Part shown: piece by piece, positions 27,292 to 39,366 of the stretch
Numbering within the stretch: the stretch's first letter is position 1
Layout of the letters: every line of letters begins with the position of its first letter
NCBI RefSeq assembly: GCF_006345805.1
Contig: NC_043024.1
Coordinates: 16,430,001 to 16,494,000 of the forward strand
Length of the DNA: 64,000 nt
Reading direction: 5' to 3'
Source of the DNA: Octopus sinensis
Taxonomy: Eukaryota
Notes under the pieces: model-generated
What the model was told of the DNA's origin: nothing
What the model saw: the letters and a program-made list of their open reading frames with translations, nothing else
Databases searched by the model: none
Made by a program: the position numbers and the translations under genes

Positions 27292-27396
27292 TTCTTTACT
27301 GATGAATCTATCGGCCTATGGAAGACTAGCTTGATTTAATTTAATCAGGTTAGTTTACCATTAAACAATAGAAGAAACGGTGCATCGTATAAAGAA
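27292..27396 (+). ncRNA. Type I hammerhead motif (family C, plus copy)
   Basis: Perfect 7-bp stem I TTCTTTA/TAAAGAA. CTGATGA at 27299, GAAAC at 27374, GTA at 27387-27389. The first stem II position is an A-A mismatch. Confidence 0.7.
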
Positions 27397-27647
27397 TTAC
27401 AGGGTAAATGTTTTTTTAATTTTCTCCTGGTTTATGGAATTAATGTTGTTTTGCGGTTGAAGCCTTGGCTGTTATTTCTAGTGGGTGAATGGCCTATTAT
27501 GGCCGTTCCTTGATTTTGCTGTTGAATTTATAGATAGTCTATGACTATTTAATTTTTTCCCACTAGGCCGCTGGTGGCAAAAAAAATTCTGCGAAATTTT
27601 TTGCCACCCTATATTGATTAATTATATATATATATATATACACCTTC

Positions 27648-28048
27648 AGGTGCAAGTGTGGTTGTGTGATAATAAGCTTGCTTCCGAACCACATGGTTCC
27701 AGGTTCAGTCCTACTGTGTGGCACCTTGGGCAAGTGTCTTCTACTTTAGACTCAGGCCAACCAAAGCATAGTGAATGGATTTGGTAGATGAAAACTGAAA
27801 GAAGCTCATCATATATATATATATGTATATCTTTATGTGTGTGTGTGTGTTGTCCCCCTAACATCGCTTGACAACCGATGCTGGTGTGTTTATTTCACCG
27901 TAACTTAGCGGTTCAGCTAAAGACACCAATAAAATAGGTACTAGGCTTACAAAGAATAAATTTTGGAGTCGATTTCATTGACTAAAACCTTTTGAGGCAG
28001 TGCTCCAGCATGACTGCATTCAAATGACTGAAACAAGTAAAAGAATAT
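27648..28048 (+). mobile_element. CORE-type SINE
   Basis: Same family as 15355-15800. Confidence 0.8.
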
Positions 28049-28116
28049 CTGTAAGTCGTCTAAAAGTCCATAAGTCAGGAAAAACATGCATTCATATATC
28101 TATTAACAGACTGAGT

Positions 28117-28459
28117 ATATTATCTGAAGTGTACAGTGTTATATATCCATCATAGTTGATCTTACCAATTGTTTTCGCACTGGTGGTGCAATGGAGTGTG
28201 AGGTAACAATCTGATTATATAACCCTATGCTCATCAGAGGTAGCCGATATGAAATGAAATATGGCAACTGCTCTATATTGTTGGAGGACCTTAAACAATA
28301 GAGAGCAGTTGCCATATTTCATTTCATATCAGCTACCTCTGATGAGCATAGGGTTATATAATCAGATTGTTACCTCACACTCCATTGCGTCCCTAATGTG
28401 AAACTGCTTGGTAAGATCAGTCATAAAGGAAAATTATTACTGTACACTTCAGATAATAT
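28117..28459. repeat. ~340-bp palindrome with a degenerate hammerhead in each arm (family D)
   Basis: Inner arms 28189-28282 and 28294-28388 are nearly perfect. CTGATGA at 28339 (+) and 28231-28237 (-). Confidence 0.8.
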
Positions 28460-29649
28460 GTACATATAGATATATATATGCATTTGAAAGTCTTTGGGAA
28501 AAAATATTTTTTTACGGTTTTTAAGTATAAAGGGAATCTTTTTTAAAAAATTATTTTTTAAAAAAAGTTATAAAATCTTTTATCAGGATATTATGAACTT
28601 ATTACAAAAGAAGTTTTTTCCTAGTGTGTGAGCGCTTTTGATTAATCTTTTTAGACGCACAACATATATACACTTACACAGATATACATGTGTGTCTATA
28701 TACATACATACACACACATATATATGTATGTATGTGTGTGTATATATATATATATCCTTAAATCCTTAAAAATGTTTTAGCCCGAAGGCCATATACATAC
28801 ATAAACATTGAATGATGAAAATGAGTGCTCAGTACCACATTGGTGGATATAAGTTCTTTATTTGTGAATTAAGGCTACCATTGGTTTCATGTTAAGAAGA
28901 ATAGGAAAATATATTAATCTCCTAGCAGTTTTTCAAGCCGATCACACGGAGGAACGGTGTTCGTCTCCATTTTGGATAAACACACACACACATATGTATA
29001 TATATCTTTGTATAAATAAGAGATTACTACTCTCAAATATTGATTGTTGGTTTTTGTCAAGGACAATACAAGTAAGATATTTCATTTCCAGAAACTATTC
29101 TACTTAGAAAAAAAAGCCTTCTTTTTATTGAATAGTTTAATGGTAGTCGCTAAGTAACTTGATGAATTTATGTCAGGGAAAAGACTACAGTTCCTGTTTG
29201 TTTCTATTATGGTTACATTTCAACAACAGAAATTGAGAGACCATCTTTTGTTATAGCTCATAATCGATTTTCTAAATGTTAGCTATGTCTATTTATTTTA
29301 TTTCTTTTAGTAAGGCCATATGATCTGCTCCATTATATGATGTTTGCCTATTTAACTGTTTTTGACACACATACATGCATGCACATACACATGTGTGCGT
29401 CTGCCTACATATGTATATGTGTGTGGATGATTATTCGTATAAAGTTTTCCAAATCTTTTATAAATTGATTTATAGCAGTGTGTAAAGCACAGGCATGGTT
29501 ATGTGGTTAACAAGTTCATTTCACAACCAGATAGTTTTGGTTCAGCTTCATTATGCAGTACCTTAAGCAAGTCTCTTCTAGAGTGAGTGAATTTGGTAGA
29601 CAGAAAAAATGTGCCAAAACACTATTTAGACTGAACCATACAACTTATA

Positions 29650-31290
29650 ATGCTGCTCTAGCTAGGGCTGGGTGCCATGAAAAGATTCAATAAATACAAG
29701 AAGCAGGCATACACAACACTGGTGATTCCTGCAACTGTGATGCACTTTGTATACTACCACAATGTTACAGTTTGGGAGTTCACTCAGATAAAGAATACAG
29801 GCCAGAAAGAATTGGTCATATCAATGAACTACCAACGAGAGCTCATAGACACACGTGACATAATAATTCAACTGCTTGTTCCAATCCTGTACAACACACT
29901 CGATCAAATAAGCCTAACAACAGACATAGGAATCAGGATGTCCTCTGGTTCAACCCGATTTTTGGTTTGCACGTTTCAACCAAGATCATTGGAAAATTTT
30001 TTGTTGCTTTGGACAAGTGCTTTCCTAAATCTAATCGGTATCATGCTATTTTTAATCGACACACTGTGAATGTATCCTACACCAATTCTGCTAATTTAGA
30101 GCAGCTTATGCATCATATAAACAATAGCAAAATGTAGCAAAGGTTCAATAACCCACCTACTGGATCTAGCGAACATTTGCATCTAAATACCAACCAAGGA
30201 TCTGTAAGCTGCATTGATAAAGACCAACTATGACCAATTTGTAGTAATAGAAATACTTATGATACAGCTAGCACAATGACAATGCTGGTAAATGGAGTCG
30301 GGACTGCCTTATATACAAATAAATATAAGTGCTCATGCAGAGAAAAATTAAAATGTCCTTTGATGAATCTCTGTATGAGTACAAATATTGTATATGAATG
30401 TATCGTGCACACAAGAGGAGGACCCTGTGTTTACATTGGGCAGATGGCTGATTTATTTAAGAATCGTTATCGTAACCATGTTGCCAGCTTTAAGACAATC
30501 AATAAGAGACATTCAACATCACTGGCAGATTTTGTATGGCGATTGAAGGAGGATAAAATGAAGTACAGCATTAACTGGCCTATAGGAAGGTATGCAAAAC
30601 CATACAATGTAACTTACAGGAGATGCCGTCTCTGCTCTGAGGAATCCCTGTCTATGCTGTGGACTAACAAAAAGATAATTAATAGAATTTCTGAACAACT
30701 CTCAAGATACCTACACACATATAAATGTACTTTTGCACAAGGCAGAGAGAATGAATTTTGAGTAACCGTTAATTTACTTTAAGGTATGGATGACTCAAGT
30801 TTACTTTTAACCTCCCCATTCTCATAAACACCAAGTAGGTAATTGTCTTGTGAGCACCAAACCTCAAGGGTGCGTGTGTTCACATTTTTGCAGATGCTTG
30901 TATGAGTGAGTGTACTTGCGCCATGCAGCTTGCCCAAGGGCGTTTATACATCCATACCTGTTAACGGTTATTTTTAATTCTTTTCTCACTGGACTGCGTG
31001 TCCATTTCTCTTTTTGCCATCTCCGATTTTATTTTTGATCTTCTACATAAATGAAGATATTTCCTCTTCTGGCTGCTTTTCTCTCTACAAAAGGGAAAGT
31101 TACATTGCAGAACAGTCATTTTAATGAGCTGTAATTATTTATCACCCGATGAGATACATCTGCACCACCAGATGCCCCTGAACTAGTTGTTGAGTGTCTC
31201 CCACCCAAGAGGAATTGATGCTAGATATGTCGAAACAATTGTCATGATTAATAATAAATTCTCGTATATTCCATCTTCCATCTTTCATTT
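29650..31290 (+). pseudogene. 3' half of a Penelope-like element (GIY-YIG endonuclease, Naiad-like cysteine pattern) with downstream pLTR
   Basis: Linker ..VLWFNPIF..DKCFPKSNRYHAIFNRHTVNVSY. ORF 30276-30761 contains CSCREKLKCPL, IVY..VYIG, FKNRYRNH and CRLC. Confidence 0.85.
31140..31249 (+). ncRNA. Degenerate PLE-type hammerhead in the pLTR
   Basis: CCGATGA (U4->C). Stem II GATACATCT/AGATATGTC pairs 8/9. GAAAC-AATT-GTC. Stem I ATCAC/ATGAT pairs 4/5. Confidence 0.6.
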
Positions 31291-31469
31291 GCCATACATA
31301 TATATATATACATATAAAGGCAAAGTTTACGAAAATAAACAAAAGACGAAGGCAGGTGGTGTACAAACAAACAAATGTATTAGTATAGTGCTCAGGAATA
31401 GAAAAAGTCTTTTACGTTTCGAGCCTACGCTCTTTGACAGAAAGATACACAGAAAAAAAACAAGGAGAG

Positions 31470-31517
<48 letters not shown>

Positions 31518-31589
31518 TAAGTGGACAAATGAAAGAAAGGGCAATCAATACATTTACTGGGAGCTACATGTATTGATGAAAATAGTTTG

Positions 31590-32275
31590 ATTCAGATTCC
31601 GTGTCACCTGAAATTTTAAAAGAAAAAGAAACAGAACATCTGAGGAGAGTCTCCATTAGGGGATTCAAAACTTGAAGTGTGTAGGATGGATCTGGCTATC
31701 AGCTGAAACCATTGTGAAGATTGCCCTGCTGCCCTCTTTTGGCTGGGAGGGGTAGGCAATTTTTATTTGTTTAGTGGCTGTAGCGAATAAGGTAGTATGG
31801 TGGACCCATTTGAAAGGGCTAAAGACAGACACTTTCCTCTTTAGCCAAGACCTCATTTGTTCACTTGAAATTTGTTCACAAGCCTAATTTGTTCACTTAA
31901 AAAGGAAAGTGAGGGTGGAGAGGGGAGTGTTGCCTTGTAGCAAGTTTGTTGAAAGGTGGGTGAATGTTGGAAGAATGGCCAGTGTGAAAGGATTAATTCT
32001 GAGCATGCACCTATAAAAAGGGAATTAAAGGAGAAGGGCTCTTGCCCTGTTGATCAGGCACCCATGGCTTTTGTGGGTTTTTCTGCGAGGACCTTAAAGC
32101 ACCACCCCTATTGGGAGTTTTAATTTGTTCAATTTTAATTGTTATTTATATCATTTACATGCAGAAAACCCATTGTATCGCCCTGTTTTTATCTTTTATA
32201 TTGTTGCATGTCTTTTAATGTTATTTTTTGTGAGCCCTTGTGGCTAATAAAAGAATAAATTATTATTATTATTAT
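31590..32275 (+). pseudogene. 3' fragment of an L1/Tx1-like LINE
   Basis: Broken frames read ..VVWWTHLKGLKTDTFLF.. and ..KRKVRVERGVLPCSKFVERWVNVGRMASVKG... Tail GAGCCCTTGTGGCTAATAAAAGAATAAA(TTA)n. Confidence 0.55.
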
Positions 32276-32741
32276 TATTAAGGTGGCAAGCTGGCAAAAT
32301 CATTAGCATGCTGGATGAAAATGCTGAGTAGTATTTTCCCCATCGCTATGTTCTGAGTTCAAGTTTTGCCAAGGTTGACTTTGCCTTTCATCTTTTCAGG
32401 GTCAATAAATTAAGTACCAGTGAAATACTGGGGTTGATGAAATCGACAGATCCCCTCCCCCAAAGTTGCTGCCCTTGTGGCAAAATTTGAAACCAAGGCA
32501 GTGAGCTGGCAGAATCATTAGCATGGTGCATGAAATGCTCAGTGGTATTTCACCTGTTGCTACATTCTGAGTTCAAATTCCATCGAGGTTGACTTCGCCT
32601 TTCATTCTTTTGGGGCCAATAATATAAGTACCAGTTGAGTACTAGGGTTGATGTAATCAACTATCCCTGTCTCCCAAATTTCAGGCCTTGTGCCTGTAAT
32701 AGAAAGGATTATCATCATCATTATTATCATTATTATTATTA

Positions 32742-32799
<58 letters not shown>

Positions 32800-32803
<4 letters not shown>

Positions 32804-33025
32804 AGCAGCGTGCTGGCAGAATCATTAGCACGCTCGATGAAATGCTGAGTGGTATTTCACCCATTGCTATGTTCTGAGTTCAAATTCTGCCAAGGTCGAC
32901 TTTGCTTTTCCTCCCTTCGGGGTTGATAAATTAAGTACCAGTGAAACATTGGGCTTGATGTAATCAACTAGTCACCTCCTTCCAAATTGCAGGCCTTGAG
33001 CCCATAGTAGAAATCATCATCATCA

Positions 33026-33116
<91 letters not shown>

Positions 33117-33345
33117 AGCAGCGTGCTGGCAGAATCATTAGCACGCTCGATGAAATGCTGAGTGGTATTTCACCCATTGCTATGTTCTGAGTTCAAATTC
33201 TGCCAAGGTCGACTTTGCTTTTCCTCCCTTCGGGGTTGATAAATTAAGTACCAGTGAAACATTGGGCTTGATGTAATCAACTAGTCACCTCCTTCCAAAT
33301 TGCAGGCCTTGAGCCCATAGTAGAAATCATCATCATCATCATTAT
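32800..33345 (+). repeat. Near-identical tandem duplication of a Meta-like SINE between (TTA)n tracts
   Basis: Copies at ~32803-33030 and ~33118-33345. Two older copies lie at 32280-32710. Confidence 0.85.
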
Positions 33346-33394
33346 TATTATTATTAGTAGTAGTAGTAGTAGTAGTAGTGTTATTGTTGTGTCC

Positions 33395-33427
<33 letters not shown>

Positions 33428-34090
33428 TAAGTGGAACTCTTTCATCCCACATTCTGTGATCTCTCCAGGAATGCTCCATCTGGTCAAGGAAGCATTGCAT
33501 GTAGAGGCTCTCTCACTGGCCTGTATGATGTGATGTTGAGATTTATTCATTATATGAAATAACGACTTAACCATTTGGTAAATAGAGATGGATAAAATAC
33601 ATACCAGGCTGGAACATCTACATATATCTATAAAATGGACAGAACCATTGCAAGCAGTGCCCCCGCATGGTGGCAGTCTAATGTCCAAATGTAATAAAAT
33701 AATAAATGGTTGCTATTTCTCATTCTTTACCATTTTGTTATTTTTCATTTATTTTAAAAGATTTATCAGTTCTTAGTTTTTCATGAAAATGTTTTATCCT
33801 CTTTTGGGAGTAATTCTGAAAACTTCTATTGTTTTAAGTTACTTCCATCTAATGAGATGCAAATAAAATTGTTGTTTTGCTAATTATTTTCACCATTTGT
33901 CATTCTTTGATGAATGACTATGAATATATTATAATTCTTATTTCTGTTTTTTTTGTAGGGGGGGAGGGTTACTGATTTTCTGTTAGCATTGGAAGCAAAA
34001 GCACAATTTATTTATCCATACATACATATATAAACATATATACATGCATATGTACATATGTATATATATGAGTGAGTATGCATGCATATA

Positions 34091-34680
34091 TAGGGTGCAG
34101 TGAATAAACTGTCGTCTAAATTATGCAAAAATGAAAATAACACTGACATTTCATTTTAACAGATATATTTACCAAAATTACATAAAAATATCTTGAAATA
34201 CTAAAGAATAAATTTATTCAATAATATCGCCATTGGTTTCAACCATGGCCTCCAGATGACTTCAGAAATCTCCTCCAAATCCTCTGGACAGTCTCCTTGT
34301 TTAAGTTGGTGAATGCTGCCATAATCCTTGCCTTCAGTTCATCTTTGGTGTTAAAAGGAGTTCTGTTGGTCTCTTGCTCAACTGCGCCCCACACATAATA
34401 ATCAAGGGGGTTGCATTGTGAGGAGTTAGGTGGCCAAATGTTAGGGGTGATGTGGTCACAGAAATTGTCTGACAGCCATGACTGGGTTCTCCTGCTTGTG
34501 TGGCAAGGTGCAGAGTCATGCTTCCAGACAGGGTCTTCCAGCAGCCACTCTCTTGACCCAGGGCAGAACCACAGCCCCCAGGCATTTGATGTAGGCCTCT
34601 GTGTTGTGTCTGATGCCATGTTGGAAGATGAATGGAGGCATAATGTTGCCATCACTAGGAATCCCCCCTGACATCAGGGT
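34091..34680 (-). pseudogene. 3' part of a maT/DD37D-type Tc1/mariner transposase
   Basis: HDSAPCHTSRRTQSWLSDNFCDHITPNIWPPNSSQCNPLDYYVWGAVE..TKDELKARI. A probable TIR follows TA at ~34091. Confidence 0.85.
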
Positions 34681-35199
34681 ATATATCCTCACATTACACT
34701 GCCATCAGTTTGGCGCCCAAACACTCTGAAATGTTCGTAATGGAGCTTCTGGTGCAAATGCTAAGCAGTACAGCATGTCGTTTCCAAATATCTGGCAGAG
34801 TGAAATGGTGATGTTTTTTTTCACAGACAGTGCTCAACTGACCCTACTATACTGTGTAGTCAACAAAATCAAAAACAAACAATGCATATGTGCGAAACTA
34901 AAAATATAGAATGATGACAATTTACCCATCGCACCCTTTTTATTTGTGTGTGTGTGTGTGTGAAAATTTCTCTTGTGTGACTTCTGTATGGTGAACATAT
35001 AGTTATATATCATTAAATGCAAGCTACCGTAGTTAAAGAGGTGAACCTACTTCTGTGGAATACAGTAAAAAAGAAGAAATGGGAAAAGCAAAAAAAATAA
35101 AAGAACATGAAACGAAAAGAGGAAGAAAATGGAAGAGAAAAAGAGAGCAAAAAATCATGAAAAGACAAGTTTCATATAAACCCCACCCCACACCCACAC

Positions 35200-35376
35200 C
35201 TGTATATATGTATATACATATATGGATGCACACACGCATATATACATTGTTAATTGTTAATTTACTTATATATGAATGTATATATATATATATACATATA
35301 TATATACAGATAGATATACATACATACATATATAAATATGTGTGTGTATGTATGTATATATATATATATGTATATG

Positions 35377-35438
<62 letters not shown>

Positions 35439-35552
35439 TATGTATATATATATACATATATGTATGTATATGTATATATACATATATGTATGTATGTATA
35501 TGTATATATATATATGTATGCATATGTATATATACATATATGTATATATATG

Positions 35553-35592
<40 letters not shown>
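35200..35592. repeat. (TA)/(TATG) compound microsatellite
   Basis: Seen directly. Confidence 0.95.
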
Positions 35593-35593
<1 letters not shown>

Positions 35594-36636
35594 ACTAACT
35601 TTCATCTATATGTATTCATTGATAGTCATTTTTAAAATATTTCTCTTCAAAGGTGTTTTTAACTTTTTTTTTTACTTTTACTCTTTATCATTTTTTCTTG
35701 TTTTCTTCTTTCTTTTTCTTCTTTTTTACTCCTTCATTCTTTTCTGTTGTTCACTTTCTTTTTGAAATCAAATGGTTTCCAGAACAAATACTATCAATAA
35801 GGTATGGGAGGCCACAGAAGGCGATGGTGAAATAGTTTCGGTCGATTGAATCAACATTAACTCATGACTAGTAATCTTAACTCTATTGACCGTCACCCCA
35901 CAGAGGAATTCAATTGGTACAGTAACAATTGCATTTCAGAGATATCACATGATGGATCTATAAAGTTTCATGAGGCACAAACATGGCTGCATGGTAAGAA
36001 TTTTGCTTCTCAACCACATGGTTCTGAGTTTGGTTCCACTGTGTGACATCTTAAGTGCCACACAGTGTTAGACATAGGAGTGGCTGTGTGGTAAGTAGCT
36101 TGCTTACAAACCATATGGGTACGGATTTAGTCCCACTGCGTGGCACCTTGGGCAAGTGTCTTCTACTACAGCCTTGAGCTGACCAAAGCCTTGTGAGTGG
36201 ATTTGGTAGACAGAAACTGAAAGAAGCTCGTCAAAAATATGTGTGTGTGTGTATATATATATGTATGTATGTGTGTGTGTATATGTTTGTGTGTCTGTGT
36301 TTGTACCCCCAACATCGCTTGACAACCGATGCTGGTGTGTTTACGTCCCTGTAACTTAGCGGTTCGGCAATAAGTACTAGGCTTACAAAGAATAAGTTCT
36401 GGGGTCGATTTGCTCGACTAAAGGCGGTGCTCCAGCATGGCCACAGTCAAGTGACTGAAACAAGTAAAAGAGTATAGCCCCAGGCCAACCAAAGCCTTGT
36501 GAGTAGATATGTGGATGGAAATTGAAAGAAGAACATTGTAGCTTAAATTCTGAATCATTTTGAAGGATCTTTTGCATTTTGCATTACTGCAAACATCTAA
36601 GTAATTTATTTATTATTAAAAGTAATAATATAAATT

Positions 36637-37787
36637 ACTAGCAGTATAGCCTGGCTTTGCTCAGGATTAAGTTAGGATTATTAAGCTAATCAAACTCTTT
36701 ATTTCAAAGCAAACTAAGTAACATCGACATCAAATTTGAGTGAAATTCATTGAAATTGGTAAACTTTTGGCCGAAATTTTGCAGACAATTTGATTGGGAA
36801 ATCCCATAAGGAATCGGTTTATCGATTTTTTCCCTCATCTATTGTTTTTTTTTTTTTCGTTTTCGGAGAACTTAAAGCATTCAAAAATCCTATGAATCCT
36901 AAGTAATGCTGGCATCAAGTTTGAACAAAATACATCAAAATTGGTAGACGTTATGGTTGAAAAGAGTCAGATCTCTCCTTTCGAAAACATAGACAGTTTC
37001 AAAACATTGTTTACAAAATGCAAATTTGTAAACACCCAGACAGAACTTTTGTAAGTGGAATAGAGAAACCTACCTTCTCCCACAGAGATATGAGAGTCAG
37101 ATCTCTCCTTTCGAAAACATGAACTGTTTCGAAACATTGTTTACAAAACAATAGCTGATCATTTGTGAAGGAGCATGTCTACAGTCAACACATAGGTCTT
37201 TTGCTCTGGTAACCTCTGCTCTCTCCCATGTTCATGCACGACCAACTATATATTGCAATGGATTCAGCTAATTTGGAAATTAGTTGTGGAGAAACGGAGA
37301 ATATCGTTTATATTGTGTATATATATATAAATGGGCAACACACACACACACACACATTGCATACATATGTTTTGTACACATACATGCAAGTGTGTGTGTG
37401 TGTGACTGAAGCCATTCACACATACATACATAACAACACCTGTCTGTCTGTTTTTGCCTGTCAATCACTCAGTAAAAAGGGGAAATTTTTATAATCTGTT
37501 ATCTCTCTCTCTCTCTCCCTCCTCTTTACACCGTCGCTAGAAGGGGACTTAACTCATGTTTGTAAACAATGGTTGATTTCTCTGCTGTGAAAATTAAGTT
37601 ATGGCTGAAAATTTATTTTTACCGCTATTCGCTGGTGCCTTGGAGGAAAATAATTGGACGAAAAGACAGCTAGGGTCGTGACGAATGTCCTCCTAAAATT
37701 GGAGCGACAAGCATGCTAATTTGTGAACATGCATAAATTACATTCACACACACACACACACATCCTGCCTTTTATATAAATACAGAT
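36637..37787 (+). mobile_element. Helentron/DINE-1-like non-autonomous element
   Basis: Starts ACTAGCAGTATAGCCTGGCTTTGCTCAGG and ends CACACATCCTGCCTTTTATATAAATACAGAT. Contains an internal ~130-bp direct repeat and (CA)n. Confidence 0.55.
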
Positions 37788-37869
37788 TTACACGTTCTTA
37801 AGTTACAAAACAATTTGTTGTAATATTAGAATTTTCTTGTCAAAGAAAATTTCATCAAACCATTTCTGT

Positions 37870-38280
37870 TATTCTTGACTTTATACATACATGTGTGTGT
37901 GCGTGATGTGTGTGTGTGATGTGTGTGTGTGTGATGTACATGCGTGTGTGTGATGTGTGTATGATGTGTGTGTGATGTGTGTGTGATGCGTGTGTGATGT
38001 GTGTGTGTTTGTGTATGTGATGTGTGTGTGATATGTGTGTGATGTGTGTGTTTGTGTGTGTGCGTGTGATGTGTATGTGATGTTTGTGTGTGTGTGAATT
38101 GTGTGTCTGTGAATGATGTGTGTGTGATGTGTGTGTGTGTGATGTGTATGTGTTTGTGTATGTGATGTGTGTGTGATGTATGTGTTTGTGTGTGTGTGTG
38201 ATGTGTATGAGATGTTTCTGTGTGTGTGATGTGTGTATGATGTGTGTGTGATGTGAGTGTGTGTGTGTTTGTGTGTATGT
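37870..38280. repeat. (GT)n/GTGAT compound microsatellite
   Basis: Seen directly. Confidence 0.95.
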
Positions 38281-39366
38281 TTGTCCACCACTGTTGCTTG
38301 ACAACTGGCATTGGTGTGCTTATGTTCTTGTAACTTAGTGGTTTGGCAAAGGAGACTGATAGAATAAGTACCAGGCTTACAAAATAAAAAGTGCTTGGCT
38401 CAGTTCACTCAACTAAAATTCTTCAAGGCAGTGCCCCAGCATGGCCACAGTCTAATGATTGAAACAAGCAAAAAAAAAGATAAAGAGATAAGACGCCTCT
38501 TGTTCACTTTGTCTGTTTCTGCCATCCCATTCTCAAAACGGTTTGATCTTGTAATGTAAAGGGACCCAAGTCAATACCACAAGGTATATATACATGACCC
38601 TCTAACCAATTCTGTTCTTCCTTAGATTTTAATAATTACTGATTCTTATAGTAGCCACATATCTTTGTTTGGGACAGGGGTGTAGGTGATTGGTGTCTTG
38701 ATGGTCTTGTGGATTAAGACATAGGAAGGTATCAGTAGTGAACATCCTGAGAGAGTTCAATTCTTCCTTGGGCTTGTATAAAAGGTTCTTGTTCTGGATA
38801 TGCAGGTTTTTTGAAAATACCTTACGGAATTATGACTGTGCCCAGCATAGCTACAGGCTGCTCTTTGGCAAGGTATAGCACCTGTCCAGCCACCCTGCCA
38901 GGGATACTGCCAAGTCATGGGACCGAAGCATGGCAGATTGTGCAAAGGTAGCAGAAGAGCTCAGTTGAGCCAATAGTGCCGCTTACATTGATGTTGAGCA
39001 GAGGAATCTTAAAAGATAAATGGTTAGCATGACCAAGGTCCATCAAGAGATTAGCTGCAACGCATCCATAGGGATAGCATCCATGGTTGTGTAATCAGGC
39101 TGATGAAAGATTCAAGCCTCAAATTATAATATGAATAAGAGGATTTAGGTGGCAACAGAGTCATGGGAATCCATGCGAGCAATGCTACCAAATAATGATA
39201 ATGATGATGATGATCATCATCATCGTTTAACGTCCACTTTCCATGCTGGCATGGGTTGGAAGGTTTGACTGAGGGTTGGCAAGCCAGAAGGTTGCACCAG
39301 GCTCCAATCTGATCTGGCAGTTTCCACAGCTGGATGCTGTATATACAGACGTGCAGGAAGTAAATA

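Larger units (their letters stand above)
26666..27625. mobile_element. (TA)n-flanked inverted-repeat element with two hammerheads (family C)
   Basis: Arms ~26705-27086 and ~27242-27625. A ~95-bp segment is directly repeated at ~26666 and ~27149. Confidence 0.85.

Noticed and set aside
38640-39000. GC-balanced stretch with protein-like minus-strand reading
   Set aside because: Internal stops and no recognisable domain. Probably a decayed transposable element.
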